Positions 49,196-63,152 of a DNA stretch of 64,000 nucleotides are shown here, one piece after another. The first letter of the stretch is position 1. Every line of letters starts with the position of its first letter. The stretch lies in the NCBI GenBank assembly GCA_013265495.1, contig MU061579.1, positions 3,407,319 to 3,471,318 on the forward strand. The letters run 5' to 3'. Source of the DNA: Vicugna vicugna (taxonomy: Eukaryota). Below the pieces are notes generated by a model, which worked only from the letters and a program-made list of their open reading frames with translations, was not told the DNA's origin and searched no databases. The position numbers and the translations under genes were made by a program.

Positions 49196-51431
49196 ATACA
49201 TTGCTTCTGGGTATTTATCACAAGAGGGAAGAAATTGGATTCATTTAATTCAGTTACATTTATCTTGATTTCAAACTCAGATGATGTTGAAAGTTACTAC
49301 ACTTCATGCAATATAAAGTTTTATTGCTTGTTTCACAAAAAAATTATTCAGGATATTTTCTCTGCAGCAGAAAAAAGGATGAAACATACATATTGGATAA
49401 ATTTTCAAGATATAAGTGATCATACACTGATATGAAAAATAAAAATCTTTAAGCTGTAAGTTTTTCTTTACTCTTGTGGACTTCAATTGAATGCCTCTCA
49501 GGAATATACACTTTCATGAAATAAATTAAGATTTGTTTGGCTTTAATTGTGCTGTTTTAGAGCTGCCACAGAAGTGCCTAATGAGACTACCTCATATAAT
49601 ACGATCAGAGCACTTCAGAGAGTCATCTTTCTTCCTCTTTCTAGGCAGGCAATTTTCTTGTGAATCATGAGTTTATGTTTCTTTGTGGCTCTATTAACGT
49701 CAACCATTATCATAAATAACAAAATCGCAAATCAGTCAAAGGCTTTTGGTAGGAAGGTAACGATTAGTAATTTTCTAAGGTACACAATTTTTTTCTGATT
49801 ACTTTCAATTTCCTAGTTATGTATCTTTAATTATTTGAGATGTGTATAATTATGTATTACATTTATCATCAAAGTAAAATGAATATATTATAAAATGTGC
49901 ACTTTCTTGGTGTGGAGGATTGAAAAGCATTTTAAAAATCATAAATATAAATTCAGAGGCAAAACTGTTATGAAGACAAAACTTAACCATAGCACATGTT
50001 TGTCGCTGCTTATTTTATTCCTTTCTAGAAGCACCATTCTTCCACTAGGGCCTAGCACAGTGCCAACCAATTACATGCAGTCCTAAACATTTGGTAAAGT
50101 ATTGATTTAATGAATCAATTAAAAGATGAATAAATAATATATTTCCTTAAAGTGAAGAAATATTGGTGATTGAATTTGATAGATGAGTGCTTTGATAGAG
50201 AGAGAAGGAAAAAGAGTGAATTCCATGATTCTGACTTGAAGTAGATAGATACCCTGGTGCCCTTTACAGAGAATGTAAGAGCATAGGGCTTTAATTTAAT
50301 ATTAGAGTGTTGGGGATAAAATTTGGGAATTGGGAATTGTTTGGTACATATTGAGTATGAGATGCTGAAATCTTTATTCTTCAGCATCTTTATAATTCCC
50401 TTGCAAATAAATACATAATAAGTTGTATTAAATAACATGCTCTGTATGAACTATTTAGGAATCCAACAATCATGAACTTCATATGCTTTCAAACTAATTA
50501 ATGGTGTTAATATATTTTTAAATGTTAACTATTCATGTTGACAATAATAGTGTTAAATAATGATGCTAGAAATTGCCAGATAGCATCAACCATAAAAGTC
50601 AGAGTTTTTTGAAAGCAATATTTTCCTCCATATCAAAATACACAAGTATATTAAATCATCTGTTGTTTTTTGTCTCTGGAGATCTCTCCTGATATCTGTG
50701 AGTTTACACTTTGCTGCTCTGAACAAATTTTAGGTATTTGTTAGTGGGAAAAAAAAAAGTAGAAGAGAAAGGAGACAGGTAGATAATCATCTATGTCTTC
50801 CAAAACAAAGCAAAAAATGCTCTATCTAAACACAATGAGTCTTTTTTGGTAACCTATGTTGAAACTCATATTACTGTTACATTTTTATGATAAACACCTT
50901 AACTTGGAATTTCTTCTCTATTACCTACTTGACAAAACAGATGGGAGAAAGAAATTATGTAGCTCTGCTCCTCTCTGTTTCTCTTAACATTATATTATCT
51001 CCCAGACATTGGCCTTGTCCATGTCTTGTTCTTTCTGCCATTAATATTTTGTATTATACCTTAGCTCATGTTAAATGAGTTGTATTTTACATAATACAAT
51101 ATCTCACTTCTTATTTACTCTCTAGATCCAGCTCAAATTTCATCTTGAAAGTTTTCCAGCATCCTTCAGGTAGAGGCAGCCACTCACTCACTTATGTATT
51201 CTTCCATCCATTTGACAAATGTTTATTAACTGTGGACCAGTCACTCCATTAAGTGGCAAAAATACAACACAGAGACAGAGGCAATATGTTCATGGAATTT
51301 ATATTCCAAAAGAATAAACTCACATTAAAAGAAAATTATAAATTGGAATTTGTTGTATGTATGAAATAAAGATTTTGTGGTAATAGTAATGAATAGAAGT
51401 GATTAATTTAGATATGTTTATGAAAATCTTT

Positions 51432-51807
51432 TTTCTTCTTTCTTTAATTGAGTGAAAGATTCTTTAAATTCTACAGTACTTTACAATTTTCCAAAGTTTC
51501 ATGTACATGATTTCAAATAATCCAATAATAACCCTTTTTCCCTTATCCCTATATTTCTCCTTCCTTTCTCCCCTCTCTATTGGTAACCACTAGTTTGTTC
51601 TCTGTATCTGTGAGTCTGCTTCTTTTTTGTTTTATTAATTACTAGTTTGTCATATTTTTCAGATTGCACAAATCAGTGATATAATACAGTATTCATGTTT
51701 CTCAATCTCACTTACTTCACTTAGCATAATGCCCTCCAAGTCCATTCATGCTGCTGCAAATGGGAAGATTTCGTTCTTTTTTATGGCTGAGTAGTATTCC
51801 AGTGTGT

Positions 51808-51853
<46 letters not shown>

Positions 51854-51967
51854 AGCACAACTTCTTTATCCATTCATCTGTTGATGGACATGTAGCTTGC
51901 TTCCATATCTTGGCACTGATTAATAATGCTGCTATGAACATTGGGGGATGTATGCATTTTTTTCAAG
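51432..51967 (-). mobile_element. 5'-truncated L1 3' end (cetartiodactyl type) with TSD
   Basis: ggtaaccactagtttgttctctgtatctgtgagtctgcttc; cacttagcataatgccctccaagtccattcatg; 17-bp TSD tgtttatg(a/g)aaatcttt at 51415-51431 and 51968-51984. Confidence 0.93.
51802..51851. repeat. (TG)n microsatellite inside L1
   Basis: Visible run with one interruption. Confidence 0.97.
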
Positions 51968-53666
51968 TGTTTATGGAAATCTTTGTTTCCCTTTCCAGTG
52001 TGCATTTTTGACATTTTTGGTGTATGCTTTTTCTTTATTTCTTCTGTTAGTTTAGCAGCATCCTTCCAATTTTCCTCCCCTTCTGCCTCAATATAAGTCC
52101 TAAGAATCATTATAAATATACAGTGCAATTATATTAGTAACAGATGGCCTGTGATTAGATAAGGAAAACAATTTTCAATCAGTGCTGGAAATTATTTATT
52201 TCAAATTAATACTATTTCTACTTGAGATGCTTAGAGCTCAAGCATATGTTTACTGTCATACTCACAGATCTGTGGACTGTGAAAATAATCCCCAGTACCA
52301 TATGTTAAAAGGAATATTTTAGCTGATATATAAAATCTACTAATTTTTATTTTCTTCTGTTTTCTTCCTTAAACAACGTCATAAAAATTTTTATTGTTCA
52401 ATACACTTTTTATTGTTAAGTCAAAATCAAGAGGCCTTATTATAATTATTTTTTAAAGATTTCATTTATTTATTATGTCAGAACCCTCTGAAATACCTCA
52501 CTGAATATATGAAATAAATTTAAATGCTTAATAAAAGGAGTACTTTACTTTTATTGTAAAATAAATCAAATAAAGAAGTGTTTAGAGATGGTTTAAGATC
52601 CTTACTTTAAAAAAATCTTCTGTATTAAAAATTCATATGTGAGATTAAAATCTTTGATCATAGACAAAAGGTATCAATTGTTATATTCTATTTTAGGATC
52701 AAATTTTGATGGCAAGAATAGCCTACTATTCATAGGATACAAATACAGAAACACAACAGCAAAATGTAAACTACGGTCTTAAGGCAGAGATAAGGCTTCT
52801 TAATATAGTAACATATATAGTTTTACACATTTTTAAAAGCTCTTTTACATGCCTATCACTTAAAAAAACTTAATTTTTAAAATTTTCTTCATAAAAGATA
52901 CAGAATGATGTATATGAAAGATAAATTATTATGAATAATAAATAACTTTTTCCTGTATCTGGTATTCTACTGCCATTAATTGAAAAATATGCATACCAAA
53001 GTCAGTTTTGTTTGCATTAAATATTAGTGCCATCATGTCATCATCAAATTTGTTTTGCTGAAGTATTTTATGAACCAATTAAATATGAATGCAAACTATT
53101 ATTTTTTTCACTATGGGAACACAGTTAAATACTTTGGAATTATTAGATAAAAATGATTCATTTTGAAAAATTGAGTCAGTGGTTCATGAGACACTTTCCA
53201 AAGGACTGGAAAAAATAGTGAAAACCTGGATTTTTTGTCAGACTGTTTAATGTTTCTAAGTTGTTCTTTCATAGAAACAAACTGAATCTCTAAATTATAG
53301 ATGATGAATCATTGTTTTAGTTTTTAATAGGTAAGAATCTTGAATGTACAAGTGAAACTCTAAATCATGACCCTGAATTAAAGAATGATGCTAAAATTAA
53401 TGGGTTTTATTCATCCTTCTACATTTCTCTTCTTGGAAATCATCTTTCTTGAAAATCCAGGGAAATGATAAAGAAAAAGTATTATCTGCACCAGATATGA
53501 GACAAAGTAAACAGTATTTAATTCTCCAAAATAAGAAGAGTAATATTACATACTCAAAAATTTGAAACCACAGAAATAGGATCAATGGTCTGCTAAGGAT
53601 AATGGTTTGCCTCTATATGGTCTGACACCAAAAGAAAACTGTGCATATGAAGTATAGTGAGAACTA

Positions 53667-53894
53667 TGGTGGGCCCTTGAACAACATGGCTTTGAACCAC
53701 GTAGGTCAACTTATATGCGGATTTTTTTCACTGAATAGGTACTACCATACTACATGACACGATACTTGGTTGGTTGAATCTGAGGATTCAGCACTGCATA
53801 TATGGAGGGGGAGGGCCAACTATGAAGTTATACATGGATTTTCAACTGTATGGTTAGTGGGACACTAGTTCCCACAGTGTTCAAGGATCAACTA
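53667..53894 (+). mobile_element. Tigger2-family MITE (second copy)
   Basis: cccttgaacaacatggctttgaac...cttatatgcggatttttt...gttggttgaatc...tgttcaaggatcaacta; TA flanks; homologous to 8006-8222. Confidence 0.88.
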
Positions 53895-53899
53895 TATAT

Positions 53900-54230
53900 C
53901 AGTTAGAAAAGATGGGTGAGTGGTAGTAACAAATGAACACCAAATGTCATTAGTTTTCCACAACAAAAAGAACAATTTTGCTCTCACTGTATATAGCCAA
54001 ACTCATGACAGTAATCATTGCCAATCTTGCGGCAGAGAGAAAAGGGAACATGGGCAAGTCACATGCTGGCTCTTAAAACTTACACTTAAAAGTAAAATGT
54101 TTCTTTCACTCATATTGCATTGGCTGAAATGTGCAAGAATATTCAATATCAATGAGAAAGGAATTAAAATCTTTCCACAGAAATGAAAAGGAATATTTGA
54201 TATAATTTCTCTATTTACATATAATGTTTC
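53900..54230 (-). mobile_element. Old MLT1 (H/I/J-like) LTR
   Basis: gtcacatgctggctcttaaaact...cactcatattgcattggctgaa; may extend into MaLR internal sequence up to ~54600. Confidence 0.55.
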
Positions 54231-56059
54231 ACCATTTTTTTCTGTCTGATATATAATATACTCAATTTTGCCCCGAACTGAGACCAACAGCCTGTCCAAT
54301 CAAGACATATTCAAAGACTAGGATCTCATGGTAATTCCAGGTTTAAATGTGTATCTTTTTGATATGAGTACCTATGAACTCCAACAAATTGTATTAGAGG
54401 AACAAGGATAGGGTAATGACAATAAATATCCCAACATGCAAAGAGAAAGAATGAGAGTTCCACAGCTGACACTAGTCTAGGAAAAATCTAAAATCTTGCT
54501 AGGAAGACACTGAGCAGGTTCCCTATGTTAGAGGGAGAAATTATCATTGAATCTCCTCCCAAAGACTGGTTCCCTGATTCCTTTCTCCTTCATGGTTCCT
54601 AGTTTGTTCTCATGGAGTATTTCCTGTTCTATTACCCTATTTGAGTACATTTAAAGAGGTTATGATAGGGGAGAGAGAGGTATAGAGGACAAGACTGAGA
54701 CATGAGAAAAGTAACATGAATAAGAAATGCAATGATAGCATGACAGATAGTCAAAGAAGAGCCAACATATTCATTTTTGGTTTCCAAAGTAGGAAAAGGT
54801 ACACCCTAATAGAGCAAAATCAAGGTATATTTTCAAACACAAATTTTAAACTTAAATATTTTGACTATCCATATAGAAATTACATAGCTATACTTGGAAA
54901 TGTGGAAACAAAATGAGCAATACTAAGATATATCCTAATAATTTTATTTTATTTCGAAGATACATGTGGAATTCACTGACCTGACTGGCAAAAATGTCAC
55001 ATTCGGAAAGATGGCAGCTGCTTCCTGCTTTTACTTACAGTTATGTTAGCTTAGGATTACTGTTTTGGATTTTCAGTTCTTTGATATTTATTAAAACAAC
55101 CTCCGTAACAAATAATCTTTGCTAATTTAACTGCTGTGTGTTTTGTTTTCCTAACTGATACACTAGGCCAAGTTCTGATTATTTTTTTTGAAAATAATAT
55201 ATGCTACCATATTCCCTTTAACTGTATACTTTTTTTAGAGCTTGACATGCTGAAAATTTGATAGTTAAGTTCCAAAACACACTGCAAAAAATATAAATAT
55301 TTATCATCATTTACCATTATTTACTTATCCATGAGGGAAAGTTTTTTTGTAAGTTGCTAATTGCTTTATTCCAGCTTCTAATCCATGATATGTATGTAGT
55401 GCATGCTCCAAAATTTATCGATTGAATAAATTTTTCAGTCCATTGAAAACAATTTAGTGCAAATGAAAGTAAGTGAGAAAATATCCATGATTTTTAAATG
55501 TAGAAATCTTAATATTGTCTCATGCAATATATGTATTTTGTAGATGAAGAAACAGATTTTTTACAGTAGTATTTCTTCACCTGAATACTTATGTATAATC
55601 ATGTATATTTCCTATGGAAAGTTTCATCAAGCTCTCAAGTAGGTCCATCATCCATAAAGTTTGAAAGTTAATACCATGGAGTTTAAGTGCCTTTTTGCTG
55701 ATGACCAGACTACTAATGCAGAACCAAGAATAGCTTTCCAAACCTGAGGCTTAAAGTCCAAACCTCTACCCCTTCACCTAACACGCTGTTATCATACAAA
55801 ACTGACTCCTATATTCAGGGTTAATCTCTTTTCCCCTTTGCTCCAACAACATTTGCTTTTTTTCCATTTTTTAAAGAACTTATTATTTTGTACTGTAATT
55901 TTTGTGAAAGTAGTTTGCTACACAAGTGTATGTGTGTGTTGTGTGTGTGTGTATATATATTTATATTTATCTAGCATTATAACACTATTTGATACAATTT
56001 CAAGATTTATATTGGGAAATTAAAATTGTCAGCTGAACAAATGAATAAAAAAATGGATG

Positions 56060-56245
56060 AGATAGATAAACAACAAGGTCATACCACATAGCACAGGGGA
56101 TTATATTCAATAGCTTATAATAATCTATATTGAAAAAAATATAAAAGTGAATATATATATATATATAAACTGAATCACTATGCTGTATACCAGAAACTAA
56201 CACATTGTAAGACTTTACTTCAATTAAAAAACAAAACAAATAAAC
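56060..56245 (+). mobile_element. Short cetartiodactyl-type L1 3' end inserted at the start of an older L1
   Basis: gataaacaacaaggtc...atagcacagggg...aactgaatcactatgctgtataccagaaactaacacattgtaa...cttcaattaaaaaa; imperfect flanking repeat aaaaatg(g)atgaga. Confidence 0.88.
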
Positions 56246-56249
56246 AAAA

Positions 56250-58992
56250 ATGATGAGAAAAGATATGCCATGCTAACCTTAATCAAAAGAATAGAGAAAA
56301 TCAACAAAACCAAAAGCTAATGTTTTGAAAAGATTAAAATTGATAAGCTTCTAGCCAAGTTAACTAAGGGAAAAATAAAGAGCACACAATTATTAAATCA
56401 GAATAAAGGGAGGCCATGACTACAAATCCCATGGACATTAAAGCATAAATAAGGAATAATAATGGAATGAAATATATCAACAGACTAAAAAAGGAAAATT
56501 GCACAATTGCATCAGTAGTTGCAGAAAAAGTATTTGACAAAATCTGACACTTACTCATGATAAAAGCTCTCAGTAAACTAGCAATAAAGAGAAACATCCC
56601 CAACTTAATACAGAATATCTACAAAAAAACCTAAACTAATATCATTTCTAATGGTGAGAAATTTGAAGCCTTCCTACTGAGATCATGTACAAGCAAGGAT
56701 ATCCCCTGTCACTGCTGCTTTTCAACATCACACTGAAACACCAGGCTAATTCAATAACATGAAAAAACAAAATGTACATAGATTGCAAAGGAAGAGATAA
56801 AACTGTCTTTGTTCACAGATGATAAAACGGCTTCTGAATCTGAAACATTAAACAAAAACACTCCTGGAACTAATAAGCAATTATAGCAGGGTTTCAGGAT
56901 ACAAGGTTAACACACAAAAGTCAATCACTTTTCTATATACCAGCCACAAACAAATGGAATTTGAAATTAAAAGCACAATACCATTTACATCATCTACCCC
57001 CAAAATGAAATACTTAGGAATAAATATAACAAAATATGTACAAGATATAAATTAGGAAGAGTAAACATCTCTGATGAATGAAACCAAAGAGCTAAATAAA
57101 TGGAAAAATATTCCATGTTTATGGATGGGAAGATCCAATATTGTCAAGATGTAGTTCTTCCCAATTTGATCTACAAATTCAGTGTAATCTTAATCAAATC
57201 CCAGCACATCATTTTGTGGATACTGACAAACTGATTCTACTGGATAGGTTGAAGACACAGAATAGCCAAAATAAGATGAAAGGAAAAGAACAAAATTGAA
57301 AGACTGACACTACCCAACTTCAAGACTTACTATAAAGCTTTAATAACTAAGATAGCATGATTTTAGTGAAAGAATAGATATATATGTCAATGGAGCAGAA
57401 TAGAGAGCCCAGAAATAGATCCACATAAATGCAGTCAACTGATCTTTGACAAGGAAGTGGAGGTAATACAACAGAACACAGTCTCTTCAACAAATGAGGC
57501 TGGAACAACTCAATATCCATAGGAAAAAAAAAAAAAAAGGAATCTAGACACAGGCTTTAAATGTCAATAAAATGAACTCAAAATGGATCACAGACCTAAA
57601 CAAGAAACACAAAAACTATGAAATTCATAGAAGATAATTTAGTAGAAAACTTAGAGGATACTGTGTTTGGCTATGACTTTTTAGATACTACACCAAATGC
57701 ATGACCCTTGAAATAAGGAGTTGATACATTGGACTTCATTATAATAAAAAAGAAATTTCTGTTCTGTAAAAAAACAATGTGAAGAAAATGAGAAAGACAA
57801 GTTGCAGACTGGGAGAAAATATCTGTAAAACACTCATCTGATTAAAAAACAAAAAAAACAAACTATTGTCCAAAACATACAATGAAATATTAAAACTCAA
57901 CAACAAAAAAACAAACAACATGATTAAAAAATAGGCCACAGATCTTAACAGACATCTCGCAAAGAAGATATGCATATGGTAAATAAGCATATGAAAAGAT
58001 GCTCCACATCGTATGTCATCAGCAAAATGCAAATTAAGCAATGAGACACCACTACACACCTACTAAGAATGGTCCAGATCTAGAACATTGACAATACAGA
58101 AGTTGAAAAATAAATGGAGCAGCAGGAATTCTTAATCTTTGCTGTTGGATATGCAAAATGGCACAGCCACTTTGGAAGATAGTTGGTTTCTTACAAAAAC
58201 ACATACTCTTCAAATTCAATCCAGCAATCCCATTCATTGGTATTTACTCAAAGAAACTGAAAATTTATGTCCATACAAAAACCTGCACATGGATGTTTAT
58301 AGCAGCTTTATTCATAATTACCAAAACTTGGAAGCAATTAAGATGTCCTTTAGTAGGTGAATGGATAAATAAACTGTGGTATAACCAGTCCAATATTGTA
58401 ATAATATTCCAATTATAATGGAATATTATTCTACACTAAAAAGATATGAGATATCAAGCCATGAAAAGACATGGGGGATTTAAATGCATGTTATCAAGTT
58501 AAAAAAAGTTAATACAACATTTTTTTATCAGATGAGTGTTTTGCAAATATTTTCTACCAGTCTGCAACTTGTCTTCCTCATTTTCTTGACATTGTTTTTC
58601 ACAGAGCAGAACTTTTTTATTTTAATGAAGTCAAATATTATAATATTTCAATAATAATGGAATATTATTCTATGATAAAAAGACATGAGATATCAAGCCA
58701 TGAAAAGACATGGGGGATTTAAATGCATATTATTAAGTTTAAAAAAGTTGATCTGAAAAGGTTGTATACTATGATTGCATCTTTATGACACACTGGAAAA
58801 GGCAAACCTATGGAAACAATTTAAAAAATCAATGGTTTTCAGGAGTTAGGTGAAGGAAAGGCAAGAACAGGCAGAGCACAGGGCTTTTTTCAGGCAGTAA
58901 AATTATTCTGAATGAGACTATAATGGGGGCTACATGTCATTATACATTTGGACAAAACCACAGTTTCTACAACATCAATAGGGTGAATCCTA
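56250..58992 (+). mobile_element. L1 (L1MC-like) ORF2 plus 3' UTR, degenerate, with internal deletions and a rearrangement
   Basis: ORF2 text throughout (gcagaaaaagtatttgacaaaat; gttcacagatgat; caacttcaagacttactataaagc); 3' UTR caggcagagcacagg...catgtcattatacatttg...gtgaatccta. Confidence 0.95.
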
Positions 58993-59114
58993 CCCCAAAA
59001 GCTTTGCTTTATTAAAGAGCTGCCTTTAAACTTAATATCCACCAAGTCACACTCTTCCAGAAACTGTAGAAAGGAAATCATCTTATTCTCACCTCAAGTA
59101 GTCCAGGGAGTCCT

Positions 59115-59600
59115 TTCATTCACTCAACAAATCTGTATTGAAAATCTCATATGCACCAGTTACTGTATAATGTGTTGGATATATATAGATAAAATGTTGA
59201 ACAAAATAAGCACAATTCATGCCCCCTTGGAGCTTAACGATTTATTGAGTGTGATATGCCTTATTAAGATAATCACATTAACACATATGTGCAAAAAATG
59301 ACAAACAGAAGTGTGACAGTGACCAAAAAAATAAGGCATACTGTGCTATGTGAAATAAAATATTTGTTCATGTAATAAAATACTTATTGGGCATCTCTAT
59401 GTGACACTTACTAGGTTAATCAGGAGATAGCAGTTAACAAAAAATAAATTCTCTGCCCTCAGGAGTTTATATTCCAGTGATGGAGAGATAATAACCAAAT
59501 AAGAAAATATATACTATGCGGAAGTTGGTGAATGATATAGAGTAAAACAGGCAGAGTAAGACAGCTAAGGAGTCAGGTTGTCAGATGATTTTTCTGAGAA
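59115..59600 (-). mobile_element. Two adjacent L2 3'-end fragments (59115-~59350 and ~59362-59600)
   Basis: tcattcactcaacaaatctgtattga...tgcccccttggagctta, then aaatacttattgggcatctctatgtg...ctctgccctcaggagtttatattccagt. Confidence 0.8.
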
Positions 59601-60527
59601 AAGGACTCACATGCTCCACTAGCATCTCTAGCCCGGTTTTTTGTTTTTTGGTTTTTGGGGTTTTTCAGTAATTTGTACTTAATCCTGAATAAGAGTTCCA
59701 TCCCAACTGAATCTATTGATACATTCTTTCGTTATCCTTTTAATATTGGGCTTGGGTCCAATCACTTTTCTTTTTCTCATTTACATTATTTTGAAAAGTC
59801 CTTTTGGTATCAGTATGTTTGCATACTTCTGGTAAAACTTTTATTTATAATTTGAGAATTACTTTAAGTACTTATTTGAAGTCCTCTTACTCTTCAAGCA
59901 CATTGATTATAATAAAATAAAAGTAGAACTACTGAAACAATAAAACCCAGAAATACAACAGCTGAGGAACATAGTTCACTTCCTTTGCGTATTTATTACA
60001 TTCCTTGGTGAGTCACTGGTCTCTAGTCAGCATAGTGGACAATTCTGATACAAGACATGGCTACCAAGGGTGATTGTTCTCATTCACAAGCGGCATGAAG
60101 AAAAGTTGAAGTGGGAAAATGCAGAAAAAGTATCTTTTAAACAAAACAGAGGTCACTATCATATTATACCAGTGAGAGTCCCATGACCATCTATTGCCTT
60201 ACACTTATAGTCCTGTGATAAGAGGGAAAATGGATTTGGTAGGACAAATTAATCTCCAGTATAGTGAGGAATTTAGAATTCTTTCAGTGTTTCTGTAGAA
60301 AAGATGGAAATGGAATTTGAGAGTGCCAAAACCAAGTATCTGACCTAATCATTCTATGGGAATGGGAACAACAAAATTGTATAATTATGAAAAGAAGTTT
60401 AGCTTAGAATTAACAGGAATTATAGAGTGCAGATAGAGGCTGAGAGAGCTCAAGAAATAAGACAAAGTCTATATAAATTAACAGGTCGAAATTATCAGGG
60501 CAGTGCTCTAGTGGCAGAGTCCTAGTC

Positions 60528-61170
60528 TACTTGTTTTCAAACATTCTGGTCACAAGACCCCTTTGCATTCTTAAGAATTATTGAGGATCCCAAATAACTT
60601 TTTATTAATTGGTTATATCAATTGATATTCACTGTATTGGACTACAAAAATAAAAATAAAAATAAAAATATTAATTTATATGAAGCAATAATAAATACAT
60701 TAACTTATAAATAGCAATAATAAAAATTAATAAATAGAAAAATAAATTTATAAATTATGTAATAAGTAATACTAAATAGATAAATTTATACATAGCAATA
60801 GATAATAAAATAGCAAATAATAATAACAAAGAAATAGCATTTCTTATTAGTATAATTTGGAAAAATAACTGCTCTTAACAAAACAAAAACTGAGGAGAGT
60901 GGCACTGTTTTAAACTCTAACAGATCTCTTCTGTCTGACTCAATAAAGATAACTGCATTCTTGTGTCTGCTTCTGCATTCAGTCTCTTAGACGATCACGT
61001 GTTGTAGCCTCTGGTAAACTCTACTGCACACTTGTGAGATAATAAAAGTGAAAACAAAAAGTAAATCTTATCTTGCTATTATTCTGAAAAAAGTTTTGAT
61101 CTAGCATACTAACTGAAATGCCTCATTTATTCCCCAAAATCCCCTGAACAACACAACAAAAGAGGTCTAT
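60528..61170. mobile_element. Charlie1-family hAT element (Charlie1b-like)
   Basis: tggtcacaagacccctttgcattcttaagaattattgaggatcccaaa; gagagtggcactgtttt; tctgcttctgcattcagtct; gtagcctctggtaaactc. Confidence 0.85.
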
Positions 61171-62174
61171 TCACCTCCTTCTAGTTTGACTCATTAGAAG
61201 TATATTGAAAGTAAACAATAGCAATTAACACTTTACAGACATTTTAAAAGTTTTAAACTTCTATTCTCTAAGTAAAACAGTATGAAAATAATTTAATTTT
61301 GTATTCCATTTTTTTTTTGAAGTAATAAGCTTGCAGTTTATCATCTTAGGCCACAATAATGCAGCTCAACTAATTAAACACTGCCATTTTTTAACAAATA
61401 AGACATAATTTGGTGATTTTATTATCAGTGGATTTAACCATATTATTTGAAAATACTCACTTTCTTTATTTCCAATTAATTATATTTTACTCTAGTGAAC
61501 TTTGTATGTCATGATTTCTGAGAAGTAGGAAAATGCAGAATGGACACTAAATGTTGAGCCCTAATTAATAATTAAGGTACACCAGGGGTAACAAGACCAT
61601 TTATTCTTACCTACCTGCCAGATCACCTTGTCCTGTCAGAAGAACCTTTGTCCCAAAGACTTTATTTCAAACATACTGCTTCTGAATTAACAGCAGGGAC
61701 TTCTGGGTTTCTCAGCATCTCTTGTTTACCATCTACTGTCATGCTTAATGATCAACATTAAAGTTACTGCTTCCAAATCACCTTAATTAGGGTGGCAAAA
61801 GCTTTAAAAAGTTCCTTTCAAAAGCTCAGATCATCAAATTTGATTGCCCTAATATATTGTGATTATATAAGGTTCTTGTGTTGAAACATTATAATAACAT
61901 TTCCAGTCAGACATCCTGCAGTTCCTTTTTAAGGTACATTTTTCTCCTCACAGTTCTTCCTGTAAGTGCACTGTGTCCTCTGCTTAGTTTATAGTTGGTT
62001 GAACCAGAACAGGGTAACTGAACCAAGCACCATGATTGATAGGTTAGCCTATGACTGGGGGACAGCCGGCTACATAATGCTGTGCCCAAACTGAGACAAT
62101 CTGGTTTAACTGAATTCTCCTTCAACTCTTTTAATGAGGGATTAGAGAGTGCTGTTTAATGCAAATAGTCTCAC

Positions 62175-62740
62175 TTTTTTTTTTTAAGTGAACTCCCTAC
62201 TGAAGTGTAACATATACGGAAAATCACATGAGTCATATGTTTGCAGCTTGATAAATTTACACAGTAAACCAACTTAAGTTACCACCACCAAATTATAAAA
62301 CGGAATAGTCTCAACCCAAGAAGCCCCTTTATGATCTTACCCAGCCACTTACAACTCACTAAGGAAACCACTACCTTTACCTCAAACACCAGAGGCTACT
62401 TTTCTGTTCCTAAAGGTCTTTTTTTCTTAATAAATTAAATCATACATGATTGACCTAACATCTCTTTCTTAATATGCTGCTTGTGAGAGTCATCCATATT
62501 GTTGGGTGTATCAATGGTATGTATTTTTGTCTTTGATTTATAACATTTCATTTTATGGATATTCCTGAGGTAATGCTTGATATTCTGATGGATTTATAAT
62601 ATATTTGTAGTTTTGGTATTTACATACTACTGTTATAAAAATTCTAATACATACCACTGGTAAATAGTCTGGGCATACAAGTGTGATTAGAATTCCTAGT
62701 TCATATGTTATATATACCTATTCAGCCAGAGTAGTCACTG
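62175..62740 (-). mobile_element. Ancient L1 (L1ME/MC-like) 3' fragment
   Basis: Poly-T head, then actgaagtgtaacatatac...cagcttgataaattt...aaggaaaccacta...tgagagtcatccatattgttg. Confidence 0.75.
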
Positions 62741-62742
62741 CT

Positions 62743-63152
62743 TGTATTGGTTTTGTATTGCTGTGGTAACAAATTACTTCAAACTTAGTGGTGTAAGATA
62801 CCACAAAACTGTTCTGTCGGAGTTCTGGAGGTCAAAACGCTAAAATCAAGGCTATAAGGCTGCTTCTGAAGGTTTCAAGGAAGAATTATGTTCCGGCCTT
62901 TTCCAGCTTCTAGAGGCTGCCTGCATTCCTTGACTCCCTTCTTCATATAACTCCAACATCTTACACCTATCACATCCTCTTCTACTAACTATGACCTCCC
63001 CCCAACTCAGCCTTCCTCTTATAAAGGCCTTTATGGTGACATTAGGCCTACCAGATGAAGCCCTAAACTTAATCATATCTGGAAAGTCCCATGTCCCATG
63101 ACATATCAAAGGTTCTGGGAATTAGGACTTGGGCATTATTCTGCCAGCCACA
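62743..63152 (-). mobile_element. MLT1C/D-like solo LTR
   Basis: tgtattggttttgtattgctgtggtaacaaattac...agttctggaggtca...ttttccagcttctagaggctgcctgcattccttg...attattctgccagccaca. Confidence 0.9.

Noticed and set aside
60498..60520. CTCF-like motif gcagtgctctagtggca
   Set aside because: Lacks two core bases relative to the CCACTAGAGGGC consensus; similar partial matches at ~27643 and ~32805 are also too weak.
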